Assembly: GCA_016935775.1 (NCBI GenBank)
Contig: JAFGQF010000278.1
Span: 1-48,325, forward strand
DNA: 48,325 nucleotides
Direction: 5' to 3'
Origin: a candidate division WOR-3 bacterium
GTDB taxonomy: Bacteria; Hydrothermota; Tepidihabitantia; Tepidihabitantales; Tepidihabitantaceae
Part shown: piece after piece, positions 1-7,782 of the stretch
How the letters are laid out: the number at the start of each line of letters is the position of its first letter
How positions within the stretch are numbered: position 1 is the stretch's first letter
The notes under the pieces: generated by a model
What the model saw: the letters and a program-made list of their open reading frames with translations, nothing else
The model's database searches: none
What the model was told of the DNA's origin: nothing
Program-made: the position numbers and the translations under genes

Positions 1-410
1 AGCGCCTCGGCCAGCGCCGGCCCGACCTGCGAATCCTCCACGTCCTGGGCGATGCACCCGGTCAGCACCAGGTCAAATTCCTCTCTCCTGAAGAACCCGG
101 CGAGCGCGCGGGCGAGCGCCAGTCCGTCGGCGTCCTCGAATCCCGAGCTGTCGATGCGCACGCCCCGGGCCGCGCCCTTGGCCAGGCCCATCCTCAGCAC
201 CTCGACCGCCTCCGGGCCGCCGACCGTGACCAGGGTCACTTCGCCGTCCTGGGCTTCCTTCAAGAGCAGCGCCTCTTCCAGCGCGTAATTGTCGGCTTCG
301 TTGATGGTGAACTGGAACCGGTCCTTCACCACGTCCCGGCCCGAGGCGTCGACCTTCACGTCCGCCTCGGAAATGTCGGGGACTCGCTTCACGCAGACGG
401 CGATTTTCAC
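1..410 (-). CDS. etfB: Electron transfer flavoprotein beta subunit, N-terminal part only (gene continues past the left edge)
   Basis: Reverse-strand translation from GTG at 410-408 gives VKIAVCVKRVPDISEADVKVDASGRDVVKDRFQFTINEADNYALEEALLLKEAQDGEVTLVTVGGPEAVEVLRMGLAKGAARGVRI..., a canonical EtfB N-terminus. AGGAGG lies at 420-415, 4 nt upstream. It is absent from the ORF track because it is open at the window edge. Confidence 0.85.
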   Translation of the reverse strand, partial: MKIAVCVKRVPDISEADVKVDASGRDVVKDRFQFTINEADNYALEEALLLKEAQDGEVTLVTVGGPEAVEVLRMGLAKGAARGVRIDSSGFEDADGLALARALAGFFRREEFDLVLTGCIAQDVEDSQVGPALAEA

Positions 411-616
411 TGCGCCTCCTCGGTAACGAAATCGTCGGGCAGGTTGGTTCTTGACAAGGGCGACAAGCATACCGCCGCGATACAACAGGTCAACCCCGCG
501 GGAAAGAAGGGTCCTAGGATTCAAGGGTTCAAGGGTTCGAGTGGCGGAACCGACAGCTCGCGGCCAGGTTGGTTGCCGGTTCATCGTTCATGGTTCATAG
601 TCCATGGTTCTTCGGT

Positions 617-846
617 CCTCACTCTGTCCCCTCTGTGCCTCTGCGGTTCTCTGCTGGGCGCTCTTGGCGGTTGATGGTACTCTCCCCATTCCTCAGTCTT
701 CCCTCCTCACTCCTGTCTTCTCTGTGTCTCTGTGGTTATCTGCTTGGCGCTCTTGGCGGTTGATGGTCCTCTCCCCATTCCTCAGTCTTCCCTCCTCACT
801 CCTGTCTTCTCTGTGTCTCTGTGGTTGACTGGTCCTCTCCGTGGTT
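617..846. repeat. Tandem repeat, 89-bp unit, about 2.4 copies
   Basis: Units 651-739 and 740-828 differ at about 4 of 89 positions (CTGCT[G/T]GGCGCTCTTGGCGGTTGATGGT[A/C]CTCTCCCCATTCCTCAGTCTTCCCTCCTCACTCCTGTCTTCTCTGTGTCTCTGTGGTT..). Partial diverged copies flank them at 617-650 and 829-846. Confidence 0.85.
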
Positions 847-850
847 TACC

Positions 851-879
851 TTGACATTTCCTCCGCGGCAACGTATTCT
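851..879 (+). promoter_or_regulatory. Sigma-70-like promoter for the lipoprotein gene
   Basis: TTGACA (851-856), 17-nt spacer, TATTCT (874-879). GGAGAGG (888-894) follows, then ATG at 900. Confidence 0.45.
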
Positions 880-899
880 CGCCCTACGGAGAGGTGAAG

Positions 900-1325
900 A
901 TGAATCGAACAACGGTTACAGGCCTGCTCATCCTGACCGCCGTCCTGCTGCTCATCGCCGCCTGCGGCGGCACGTCCAACCCGGTCGCCGACTACCTGCT
1001 CGAATCCGAGGTCCGCTGTGAGAACGAAACCCAGCGCTGCAACATCTGCAACGCGCTCCAGGACATCATCCTGCTTGCGCCGGACCAGCTCCGCGAGCGC
1101 CGCTACTGCGACTACGCCGGCTCCCCCAACCGCTGGGACCTGCCCACGCTCGTCCAGCGCCACTTCGTCCCGGCCCGGTCGGGCGCGACCCTCGGCCCGC
1201 AGTTCTACCAGGACGTCAAGGCAACCGAGGTCAGGCAGTGGGCCGAGAAGACCCTGGCCAGGCTCACGGAAATCGCCCCGCTCCCGGTCGAACCCGAAAC
1301 CGCGCCCGAACCGTCGGGCGGGTGA
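900..1325 (+). CDS. Hypothetical lipoprotein
   Basis: ORF 894..1325. ATG 900 is preferred because the GGAGAGG Shine-Dalgarno sits 5 nt upstream. The N-terminus MNRTTVTGLLILTAVLLLIAAC has a hydrophobic core and an I-A-A-C lipobox. Confidence 0.7.
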   Translation: MNRTTVTGLLILTAVLLLIAACGGTSNPVADYLLESEVRCENETQRCNICNALQDIILLAPDQLRERRYCDYAGSPNRWDLPTLVQRHFVPARSGATLGPQFYQDVKATEVRQWAEKTLARLTEIAPLPVEPETAPEPSGG

Positions 1326-1348
1326 GGACTCACAGAAAGGAACTCGAA

Positions 1349-1504
1349 ATGTCGGCACTGCTCGGCTACGTCAACAATGCCATCAACTCCGGCACCCGGA
1401 CGGTCACTGTCCCGCCCGAGATCGTGGCCCAGGCCACCGAAGAAGAGCTCGAAGAAGCCCGCAAGCTCTGCGCCCGCAACGGCATCAAGCTCGAGCTCAA
1501 ATAG
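1349..1504 (+). CDS. Small hypothetical protein (51 aa)
   Basis: ATG 1349 lies within ORF 1238..1504 and gives MSALLGYVNNAINSGTRTVTVPPEIVAQATEEELEEARKLCARNGIKLELK. Its composition is protein-like, unlike the neighbouring Arg/Pro-rich frames. A weak GAAAGGAA lies upstream. No family was recognised. Confidence 0.4.
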   Translation: MSALLGYVNNAINSGTRTVTVPPEIVAQATEEELEEARKLCARNGIKLELK

Positions 1505-1635
1505 CCTCGCCTCCTGACGGCGGAAACGGCTGACGGCTCGCGGCCGACGGGTCACAGCCAACAGCCAGAAGCTGGCGGCTGACGGCCGGTTCGCTCATCG
1601 TGCCTTCGTACACCGTGTCCGACCCCTGGTGCTCC

Positions 1636-1790
1636 TGGTGCCTTGGTGTTTGAATCAACTCCGCGGTCCTGACTTCAGCGCTCTGACTTCTGCCTTCTGA
1701 CCTCACTTCTGGTCTTCCTGCTCTTGGTGCCTTGGTGTTTTGTCCTCGGTCCTCAACCATCATCCTGCTCTTCGTGTCTTCGTGGTTACC
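1636..1790. repeat. Diverged copies of the same 89-bp-period element family
   Basis: The 16-mer TGGTGCCTTGGTGTTT occurs at 1636-1651 and 1725-1740, exactly 89 bp apart. The end GTGTCTTCGTGGTTAC (1774-1789) matches the unit end GTGTCTCTGTGGTTAT (724-739) of the 617-846 repeat at 13 of 15 positions. Confidence 0.5.
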
Positions 1791-1810
1791 TCCGCTTGCC
1801 GCTCGAATTT

Positions 1811-1850
1811 CGCGCGAGTAATGATAAACCGGTTTATCACTCGTCGCGCG
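1811..1850. promoter_or_regulatory. Palindrome; candidate operator or RNA hairpin
   Basis: A perfect 18-bp palindrome TGATAAACCGGTTTATCA (1822-1839) is flanked by the inverted CGCGCGA/TCGCGCG (1811-1817 and 1844-1850). It resembles 7-4-7 TGATAAA..TTTATCA half-sites. Confidence 0.4.
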
Positions 1851-2218
1851 CTGGAATTGTCTCGTAACTGGTTGTCCCGAAATGTCTTATCCCCTCTGTC
1901 GAGTTTCGTGGTCCCCCGTCCCGGGGTAGGTCCCCAGCCGGGTTTCGCTTTCCCGACCCGCTTCCCAATCCGTCCTTGGTTGCAGCTTCGCTGGCGAACG
2001 AAAGTGGCATCGGCTTCCTGCCTGGGAACCGATTGCAGGGCCGGTTCCGCAATGACATCGGGCTGGTCCTCGGGTCGGTAGTTCTTGTCCCGAACGCGAC
2101 TGCGTCCGGGCAAGCGGCCCGCACTCCGACTGCGACAGGGTTCAGGAACCGGCTCCGGCTCTCGAACACGAAGGCAAGCCGGTTTCCCTGCCGGCCCGCC
2201 TTCCCGACCGGGTTCCAG

Positions 2219-2350
2219 CTACCTTTGGATGACGACCTTGAAGATGGCAGTCCTGTCCTGCTCAGCCCTCATCCTTCCGCCTTCCTCCTTGTCCTCATCG
2301 TGTCCCAAGCCCTGGCTGGCGGCCGCAATCATCCACGCCCGGGCCGTCAC
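2219..2350 (-). pseudogene. 43-codon remnant ORF: signal-peptide start fused to a T9SS-linker/CTD-like tail
   Basis: The reverse frame from GTG 2350 gives VTARAWMIAAASQGLGHDEDKEEGGRMRAEQDRTAIFKVVIQR*. A 20-nt stretch GCCGCAATCATCCACGCCCG (2322-2341) duplicates 3174-3193, the 5' end of the upstream lipoprotein gene. A 17-nt stretch TCATCCTTCCGCCTTCC (2269-2285) duplicates 3735-3751 in the protease linker. Confidence 0.35.
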
Positions 2351-2353
2351 GGG

Positions 2354-3199
2354 TCAGTTCTCCCCTTCCCATATCAGCCGCGGGGGGGGCAGATCCCCGC
2401 CCCTGGGGAAAAGCCTCAGCTTCCCGTCCTTCCTTGCCGCTGCGGTCAGGACCCACATGGAATCACACACGCCCGGTAACCGGTAGTGCACCTGAATGAG
2501 GTACGGAAAGCCCGGTGGGATGAAGTATGGGTTGTCGTTGACGTCCGGCGGGACCTCGATGTAGACGACCCGTGTGATTTCCACTTCAGGGAGAACCGGG
2601 TCGGGCGGAACGTCCGCATGCCAGAACCCCCCGCGCAGGTTGCGCAGCATGATCTTCAGCAATACGTCTAGGCGGACCCAGCCAGACAGTTCGTCGGGCA
2701 GGAACTCGCAGCCGCAGTCCTCCAGCAGGAAGTTCAAGTCACTGTCCATGAAATAGAGGCGTTCCCCAAGTGACGCCACCAGTTTATTCTCTGGCGTTAC
2801 GTAGAAGCTGGCTCCAGGCACGACCCTCTCGAAGAACGGGTGCTGCTCGAGCTTCTGCCACAGGCTGTCCTTTCGAACTGCCGGGTAGTAGCTGAACCTG
2901 TCAAGGTACTCCAGGTATGTCATCTGCGCCGGGCCATCAGCCAGGGTGAGCTCGAACTCCTTGTCGTAAAGATCCGACCCCTCATCCGTGTCGACTCGCT
3001 CCAGTCTCGCGGCAGGGTAGACCTCTGGTGAAGTGAGCGGCGGCGGCTCCACCCACCTTGGCGGCTCATGGCTGACCGCAGACTCGCGCGCACTGGTGCT
3101 GCTGTCCCCGGACTGAAGCGACGGCTGCTCGACCGGCGCTTCGACCCCGCCGCATCCCAGCACCACCACCACCGCCGCAATCATCCACGCCCGCAGCAT
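2354..3199 (-). CDS. Hypothetical lipoprotein
   Basis: ORF 2354..3202. The N-terminus MLRAWMIAAVVVVLGCGG has a V-L-G-C lipobox. ATG 3199 is preferred because it lies 6 nt after a -10 box. No family was recognised. Confidence 0.75.
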   Translation of the reverse strand: MLRAWMIAAVVVVLGCGGVEAPVEQPSLQSGDSSTSARESAVSHEPPRWVEPPPLTSPEVYPAARLERVDTDEGSDLYDKEFELTLADGPAQMTYLEYLDRFSYYPAVRKDSLWQKLEQHPFFERVVPGASFYVTPENKLVASLGERLYFMDSDLNFLLEDCGCEFLPDELSGWVRLDVLLKIMLRNLRGGFWHADVPPDPVLPEVEITRVVYIEVPPDVNDNPYFIPPGFPYLIQVHYRLPGVCDSMWVLTAAARKDGKLRLFPRGGDLPPPRLIWEGEN

Positions 3200-3205
3200 C
3201 ACCGC

Positions 3206-3233
3206 ATCATAGTCCGGGCCGGGGATTCGTCAA
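3206..3233 (-). promoter_or_regulatory. Promoter of the leaderless type
   Basis: On the minus strand: TTGACG (3233-3228), 16 nt, TATGAT (3211-3206), 6 nt, ATG (3199). No Shine-Dalgarno is present. Confidence 0.5.
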
Positions 3234-3429
3234 GCGGGAGGTCGCCACACGGGGCACGATGCCGACCGCGACATCACCCTTCTGTCACCCTGAACGCAGT
3301 GAAGGGTCTCAAGCGCGGCCGGGCCAGGGCGGACAGGACAAAGCAGCAGCAGGGCTGCCGCAATCCAAGAAACCCCCTCACCTCCATCCTCTCCCCTTCG
3401 GGGCGAGGAAGGGAATGCCCGGGCGAAGC

Positions 3430-3454
3430 AAAACGGGCGGGAGAGCCCCGCCCG
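3430..3454 (-). terminator. Rho-independent terminator after the metalloprotease gene
   Basis: The minus strand reads CGGGCGGG-GCTCT-CCCGCCCG followed by TTTT(G), 20 nt downstream of the stop at 3475. Confidence 0.55.
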
Positions 3455-3474
3455 CGTGATGGTTTTGCCCGTGC

Positions 3475-5115
3475 TTAGCGGGCTATGACAACCCGGCTGA
3501 GCGCTACTGGATTCTGACTACTGGATGCTGAATACTGCTTGACGAAGTAAACGCCGGGCGCGATTGCGCTGACGTCATTCGCGCCGGGCCGAAGCTGCAT
3601 CACTTCGCGTCCCGTCGCGTCGAGCAGCAGCGCGGGACATGACCCATTTCGGCCCTGCGAAATGGGATCGTGTCCCAAGCCCGCGCCGAGATTGAGCACT
3701 CCCCGCACGACGCTCGGCAACCGGGCCTCCGCCTTCATCCTTCCGCCTTCCGCCTTTTCCTCGATTCCCGTCGCGCTCGCGGTGTAGCGGTAGCCCTGCG
3801 CGCCGTACGGGTAGTGGCTGACCGGCACGAGGTAGACCGACTGGTAGTCGTGGCCGGGCAGGCTGTACTCGCCGTACTGGACCGAGTCGAGCGGGACCGA
3901 ATCGAGCAGCAACCGGTGGCCGACGGTGTCCAGCCCGACGACGTAGAGCCGGAAGTCAGCCGCGTCCGCGCCGTCAAAGGTGAGCGACAGGTCGGTTGCC
4001 TCCTGGAACAGCAGGTACTCACCGGCCCAGCGGTTGAGCGAGCCGTTCCGGTCCACCGGGTAGGTGTAGTGATAGCCCTGGACCGAGAACCGCGGCACGG
4101 TCTCGCCGAAGTAGCCGTACCGGCCGCCGAGGAACGCGGTGTCGTTGATGCGGTTGGCCAGCACCCACTGGTCGAGCACATCCTCGAACCGCTCGACGAG
4201 CCCGGTGTTGGCGAACCCCTCGTCAATGCCGCCGATGCTGACCACCGGCGAGGCGACGATATTACGGATGAGGTCGGTGCCGACGCGGCCGCCGTACTGC
4301 TCGTAGAGGTAGAGGAAGAACAGGTAGGTCTTGATATAGTCCGACCAGTTGCCGTCCCAGCGGGTCAGGTCGTTGTCCGGGTTGCCCGGGAACCCGGATA
4401 TCGGGTCGGGCGCGCCGAACAGCCACATCGCCAGCTCGCAGCCTCCCTCCTGGACCCAGAGCGATTCCGCGCGGTCGTAGTTCCAGCTGATCATGTGCCC
4501 CATCTCGTGGGCGGCGATGGCGACCCGGTAGTCGGACGAGGGGTTGTTCGGGTGGCAGTCGAGGTAGACGCACTCGATCTCGTTCGAGTGGTAGCCGTAC
4601 AGCCGCATCGAGGTGGTGTCGTAGTATTCGTCGAACGCCATCCAGAACCCGTCGAACGAACTGCCCATGAAGGTCCCGATGTTGTAGTAGATGAGGTAGA
4701 TGGCCGAGTCCTGGTCGATTTCGTCCGGCGGCATCCCCAGCACCTCGGTGTTGTGGTCCCAGACGCCCTTGGTCGAGTCGCGCGGGCTGGAATGGTCGAA
4801 CCGCTCGACGATGCGGGCCGCGTCGGCCGAGTCCACCAGGCCCGCGGCCAGCACCGAGTCGTGGACCATCACGTAGCAGTGCGGCCCGTGGTCAAAGACA
4901 ACGAACTCGGCCTGGAACTGGGTAGGCGGCATCACGCTCATGTTCCATATCCAGAGCGTCAGCGTATCGCCGCGCTGGGGCGGCTCGGCCGGCCGGGGTG
5001 AGGTGACGCGGGCCGGGGCGTCGATTCCCCGGGCCATCCGAAGGAACAGCGGGGTGCCGCAGCTCATCGGGGCGGCCGGCTGGGCGACGAGGACCAGTGT
5101 CAGCAGCAGCGTCAT
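3475..5115 (-). CDS. Secreted zinc metalloprotease (HExxH) with a T9SS-type C-terminal sorting domain
   Basis: 546-aa ORF with a signal-like N-terminus MTLLLTLVLVAQPAAP and the motif AAHEMGHM. The C-terminus LPSVVRGVLNL...LLLDATGREVMQLRPGANDVSAIAPGVYFV...RVVIAR is typical of Por/T9SS CTDs. GGGAGGA lies 4 nt before the ATG. Confidence 0.85.
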   Translation of the reverse strand: MTLLLTLVLVAQPAAPMSCGTPLFLRMARGIDAPARVTSPRPAEPPQRGDTLTLWIWNMSVMPPTQFQAEFVVFDHGPHCYVMVHDSVLAAGLVDSADAARIVERFDHSSPRDSTKGVWDHNTEVLGMPPDEIDQDSAIYLIYYNIGTFMGSSFDGFWMAFDEYYDTTSMRLYGYHSNEIECVYLDCHPNNPSSDYRVAIAAHEMGHMISWNYDRAESLWVQEGGCELAMWLFGAPDPISGFPGNPDNDLTRWDGNWSDYIKTYLFFLYLYEQYGGRVGTDLIRNIVASPVVSIGGIDEGFANTGLVERFEDVLDQWVLANRINDTAFLGGRYGYFGETVPRFSVQGYHYTYPVDRNGSLNRWAGEYLLFQEATDLSLTFDGADAADFRLYVVGLDTVGHRLLLDSVPLDSVQYGEYSLPGHDYQSVYLVPVSHYPYGAQGYRYTASATGIEEKAEGGRMKAEARLPSVVRGVLNLGAGLGHDPISQGRNGSCPALLLDATGREVMQLRPGANDVSAIAPGVYFVKQYSASSSQNPVALSRVVIAR

Positions 5116-5124
5116 CGGTCCTCC

Positions 5125-6747
5125 CTACCTGGCCTTGACCAGCTTGCCGGTCCGCAGGCTGTTGCCGACCCGCCAGCGCGCGAGGTAGCAGCCGGGCTGG
5201 ACCTCGCGGCCGGAGCCGTCGCGGCCGTCCCACACGACGGCCGACGGGTCGCGGCCCACGGCCAGGACCCGGACGAGGTTGCCGGCGGCATCGTAGATGC
5301 TGACCGTCTCGGGGCGCCGGCCTGCCGGCTGCAGGCTGATGGCCGTCCCGGCGCGGAACGGGTTGGGCCGCGCGCCAAGCCTTTCGACCCGCTTGCCCGG
5401 CTGTTCGGCGATGCCGGTCACCCGGCCGTGCCACACGCAGACCGGGTTGTCCGAGACCGCGCCCACTTCGTCCACGTTGAACCCGGCGATGACGTCCTGG
5501 ACCCAGCCGACGGCCACCGAGTCGCCCGAGCAGTCGGCGCCGACGTGGGGGAAGCGCTTCGAGGTCTCGTCGGTCGGTGCCAGCAGCTGCGGCTGGCTCC
5601 AGTTCGCGCCCCCGTCGTCGGACCAGGCCAGCCACACGTCGGCCCGCAGCAGGCCGGTGCTCGGCTCGACGTTGGTCGAGTCGAACTCCTCCCACGCGCA
5701 GTAGAGCCGGCCCGAGGCCGGGTCCTGGCCCAGGCTCGGCCGGTCGCAGATGGCCGCGTGCGACCCGAGCCCGCCGGCCAGCGCGTGCGATTCCGCCCGG
5801 CGGACGCGCCGCCACTCGGCCGTGCCCGAGTTGTACATCCAGAGCTGGGCCGGGTTCTGGTACGCCGTGTCGCCCACCACCGGCAGCAGGGTGGTGACAA
5901 GCAGCCAGTTGTCGTCGCGGTCGAAGATGACCGACGCGCCCCGCGCGCCGACCGTCAGGGTATCGCCGCCGTACGCCGGGTAAGGGGTCAGCTCGGTCAC
6001 CGGGTCCCAGCTGGCGCCCGCGTCGCTCGAGAACCGGTACCGGAGCGCGGTCGAGTCGTCGTTGCCGATCATCCAGGTGGCCAGCACCTTTTCGGAGGCG
6101 TGGGAAGCGGTCAGGTTATGACCGTAGGCGCCGGACTGGTTCCAGAACTCCGGGTCGTCCCAGGTACACCAGAAGGTCGAGCGCGAGTAGTAGAGGTTGT
6201 CGGAGGCCTGGAACTTGACGAGCTGGAGGTGGATGTTGGCCGAGGCGTCCACGCCGACGACCGGCAGAAAGTACCCGGCCAGGGTCGGCGCGCCGACGCA
6301 CTCGTCGAACAGCCCGGACCCGGGCGCGAGGTCGCGCTGGACCGTCGGGCAGAACTCCGGAGGCATCCCGCCGGCGCTGTAGTGACCGGTTACCAGCGCC
6401 GCGCCGTCGGCCGGGTCCACGTCAATGGTCCCGTAGCCGGTGCGCCGGGTCTGCGAGTTCATACCCGAGTTCATGTAGTCCGGTTCCACCCAGTTCCACT
6501 CGCCGGTGCCGTAGTCATAGAAGTTGTAGTACATCGTCCGGTCGGGCCACTGCGAGCCACCGGGCTGGACGCTGAAGGTCCAGGCCACGTGGATGCCGAA
6601 CTGGGGGTCACGGTAGAGCATCCGGAGCGATGGCCCCGAGTTCTGGTTATCGAAGGTCGTGCCGCCGACCGTGTCCACCACGCCCGGCAGTTGCGCCGCC
6701 GCGGCCGCCACCAGCGCGGCGAGCGCCAGGAACATCCTCAGTCGCAT
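5125..6747 (-). CDS. BNR/Asp-box repeat protein with a T9SS/FlgD-Ig-like C-terminal domain
   Basis: 540-aa ORF with signal peptide MRLRMFLALAALVAAAAAQ and Asp-boxes SSDAGASW and SDDGGANW. The C-terminus is ARPNPFRAGTAISL...VSIYDAAGNLVRVL...WDGRDGSGREVQPGCYLAR...GKLVKAR. AAGGAG precedes the ATG. Confidence 0.85.
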   Translation of the reverse strand: MRLRMFLALAALVAAAAAQLPGVVDTVGGTTFDNQNSGPSLRMLYRDPQFGIHVAWTFSVQPGGSQWPDRTMYYNFYDYGTGEWNWVEPDYMNSGMNSQTRRTGYGTIDVDPADGAALVTGHYSAGGMPPEFCPTVQRDLAPGSGLFDECVGAPTLAGYFLPVVGVDASANIHLQLVKFQASDNLYYSRSTFWCTWDDPEFWNQSGAYGHNLTASHASEKVLATWMIGNDDSTALRYRFSSDAGASWDPVTELTPYPAYGGDTLTVGARGASVIFDRDDNWLLVTTLLPVVGDTAYQNPAQLWMYNSGTAEWRRVRRAESHALAGGLGSHAAICDRPSLGQDPASGRLYCAWEEFDSTNVEPSTGLLRADVWLAWSDDGGANWSQPQLLAPTDETSKRFPHVGADCSGDSVAVGWVQDVIAGFNVDEVGAVSDNPVCVWHGRVTGIAEQPGKRVERLGARPNPFRAGTAISLQPAGRRPETVSIYDAAGNLVRVLAVGRDPSAVVWDGRDGSGREVQPGCYLARWRVGNSLRTGKLVKAR

Positions 6748-6780
6748 CCGGTCTCCTTTCGGTACGGAAAGCGCCGGCTG

Positions 6781-6808
6781 ATTGTGACCCGATTCCCGGG
6801 CCAGTCAA
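6781..6808 (-). promoter_or_regulatory. Promoter for the BNR-protease operon (leadered)
   Basis: On the minus strand: TTGACT (6808-6803), 16 nt, CACAAT (6786-6781). A leader of about 33 nt containing AAGGAG follows, then ATG 6747. Confidence 0.4.
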
Positions 6809-6817
6809 CCCGCGACG

Positions 6818-6845
6818 TTGACAGGCTGCCCGGCAGCGTTAAATT
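6818..6845 (+). promoter_or_regulatory. Promoter of the leaderless type for the CDF gene
   Basis: TTGACA (6818-6823), 16 nt, TAAATT (6840-6845), 6 nt, GTG (6852). Confidence 0.5.
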
Positions 6846-6851
6846 GACGGC

Positions 6852-7751
6852 GTGACCAGCGAGGCCGGGATCCGCGCCGAGCGCCGGGTAACGGCGCTGT
6901 CCATCGTCGTCAACGCAGGGCTCGGGCTGGGCAAGACCGGCGTCGGTCTCGCCGGGCACTCGACCGCGCTGATTGCCGACGGCCTGCACAGCCTCTCCGA
7001 CCTCGCATCCGACCTGGCCGTGCTCTGGGCCATCCGCGCCGCGCGGCGACCGGCCGACGCCGACCACCACTACGGCCACCAACGTTACGAATCGCTGGTG
7101 ACGCTCTTCGTCGGCTTCCTGCTCGTCGCCGCCGCGCTCTATGTCGGCATCCACAGCCTCGTAACCCTGGGCGAGCGCCACACCGGACCGCTGAACTGGT
7201 GGCCGTTCTGGGTCGCGGTCGCCTCGATCCTGCTCAAGGAGGTCCTGTTCTGGCTAACCCGGACGGTCGGCCGCCGCACCAGCAACCGGGCGGTCATCGC
7301 CAATGCCTGGCACCACCGTACCGACTCGTTCTCATCGGTCGCGGCCGCGGCCGGCATCGCCGGCACGCTGCTCGGCGGCCCGCGCTGGCAGTTCCTGGAC
7401 CATCTCACCGGCGTGGTCCTCGCCACCTTCCTCGTCTACGTCGGGGTCCGCATCGCCCGCGACGCCGCCCGCGAGCTGTCCGACCGCTCGCCCGACCCGG
7501 AAGAACAGCAGAGGATGGCGGCCGTCATCGGCTCGATTCCCGGCATCACCGGCTTCCACGCCCTCAGGGCGCGACGCTCGGGCGGGCTCGTCGAAGTGGA
7601 CATCCACGTGCTCGTTGACGGGAACATCACGGTCCGGGCCGGGCACTCGTTGGCGTCCGAGGTCGAGAGCCGGCTGTACGCCGAGTTCCCCGAGGTTGCC
7701 TCGGTAGTGGTCCACGTCGAGCCGGCCGACTCCCGACCGCCAGGCCCCTGA
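6852..7751 (+). CDS. Cation diffusion facilitator family transporter
   Basis: 299-aa ORF. AERRVTALSIVVNAGLGLGKTGVGLAGHSTALIADGLHSLSDLASD...HHYGHQRYESL... shows the CDF TM2/TM5 metal-site pattern (HSLSD; H-D). A C-terminal cytoplasmic domain is present. Confidence 0.9.
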   Translation: MTSEAGIRAERRVTALSIVVNAGLGLGKTGVGLAGHSTALIADGLHSLSDLASDLAVLWAIRAARRPADADHHYGHQRYESLVTLFVGFLLVAAALYVGIHSLVTLGERHTGPLNWWPFWVAVASILLKEVLFWLTRTVGRRTSNRAVIANAWHHRTDSFSSVAAAAGIAGTLLGGPRWQFLDHLTGVVLATFLVYVGVRIARDAARELSDRSPDPEEQQRMAAVIGSIPGITGFHALRARRSGGLVEVDIHVLVDGNITVRAGHSLASEVESRLYAEFPEVASVVVHVEPADSRPPGP

Positions 7752-7759
7752 CGAAGCTC

Positions 7760-7782
7760 GCGCCCCGGGAGTCCCGGGGCGC
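7760..7782 (+). terminator. GC-rich hairpin after the CDF gene (no U-tract)
   Basis: GCGCCCCGGG-AGT-CCCGGGGCGC is a 10-bp perfect stem 9 nt after the stop. It lacks a T-run, so it is a weak terminator call. Confidence 0.35.

Noticed and set aside
444-828. Short ORFs 444..674, 569..763 and 604..828 across the tandem repeat
   Set aside because: Their sequences are repeat-derived Leu/Ser/Cys-rich strings that reiterate with the 89-bp unit in different frames. There is no start context.
617-846. Possible CRISPR array
   Set aside because: The units are directly adjacent 89-bp tandem copies with no unique spacers, no short palindromic repeat and no cas genes. It is a tandem repeat.
1891-1917. The minus-strand sequence GGGGGACCACGAAACTCGACAGAGGGG resembles a tmRNA 5' end (compare GGGGACGUUACGGAUUCGACAGGG), with a downstream ...ARDE-TGA-TAA frame
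   Set aside because: No T-arm (GGTTCGA-type) or ...CCACCA acceptor 3' strand complementary to the 5' end lies within 450 nt downstream. The putative tag does not end in the usual hydrophobic A-A. This is most likely coincidence.
3068-3478. ORFs 3068..3478 and 3259..3459 (translations include ...CHPERSEGSQ... and ...PLPFGARKG...)
   Set aside because: These peptides are the usual read-through of REP-like GC hairpins (GTCACCCTGAACGCAGTGAAGGGTC at 3285-3310; CCTCTCCCCTTCGGGGCGAGG at 3388-3408). The region also holds a promoter and a terminator. It is not coding.
3670-6855. Long plus-strand ORFs 3670..5001 and 5428..6855, and minus off-frame ORFs 4892..5815 and 5418..5900
   Set aside because: They are shadow frames of the T9SS protease and BNR genes. 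They have no motifs and an extreme Arg/Gly/Pro/Val bias.
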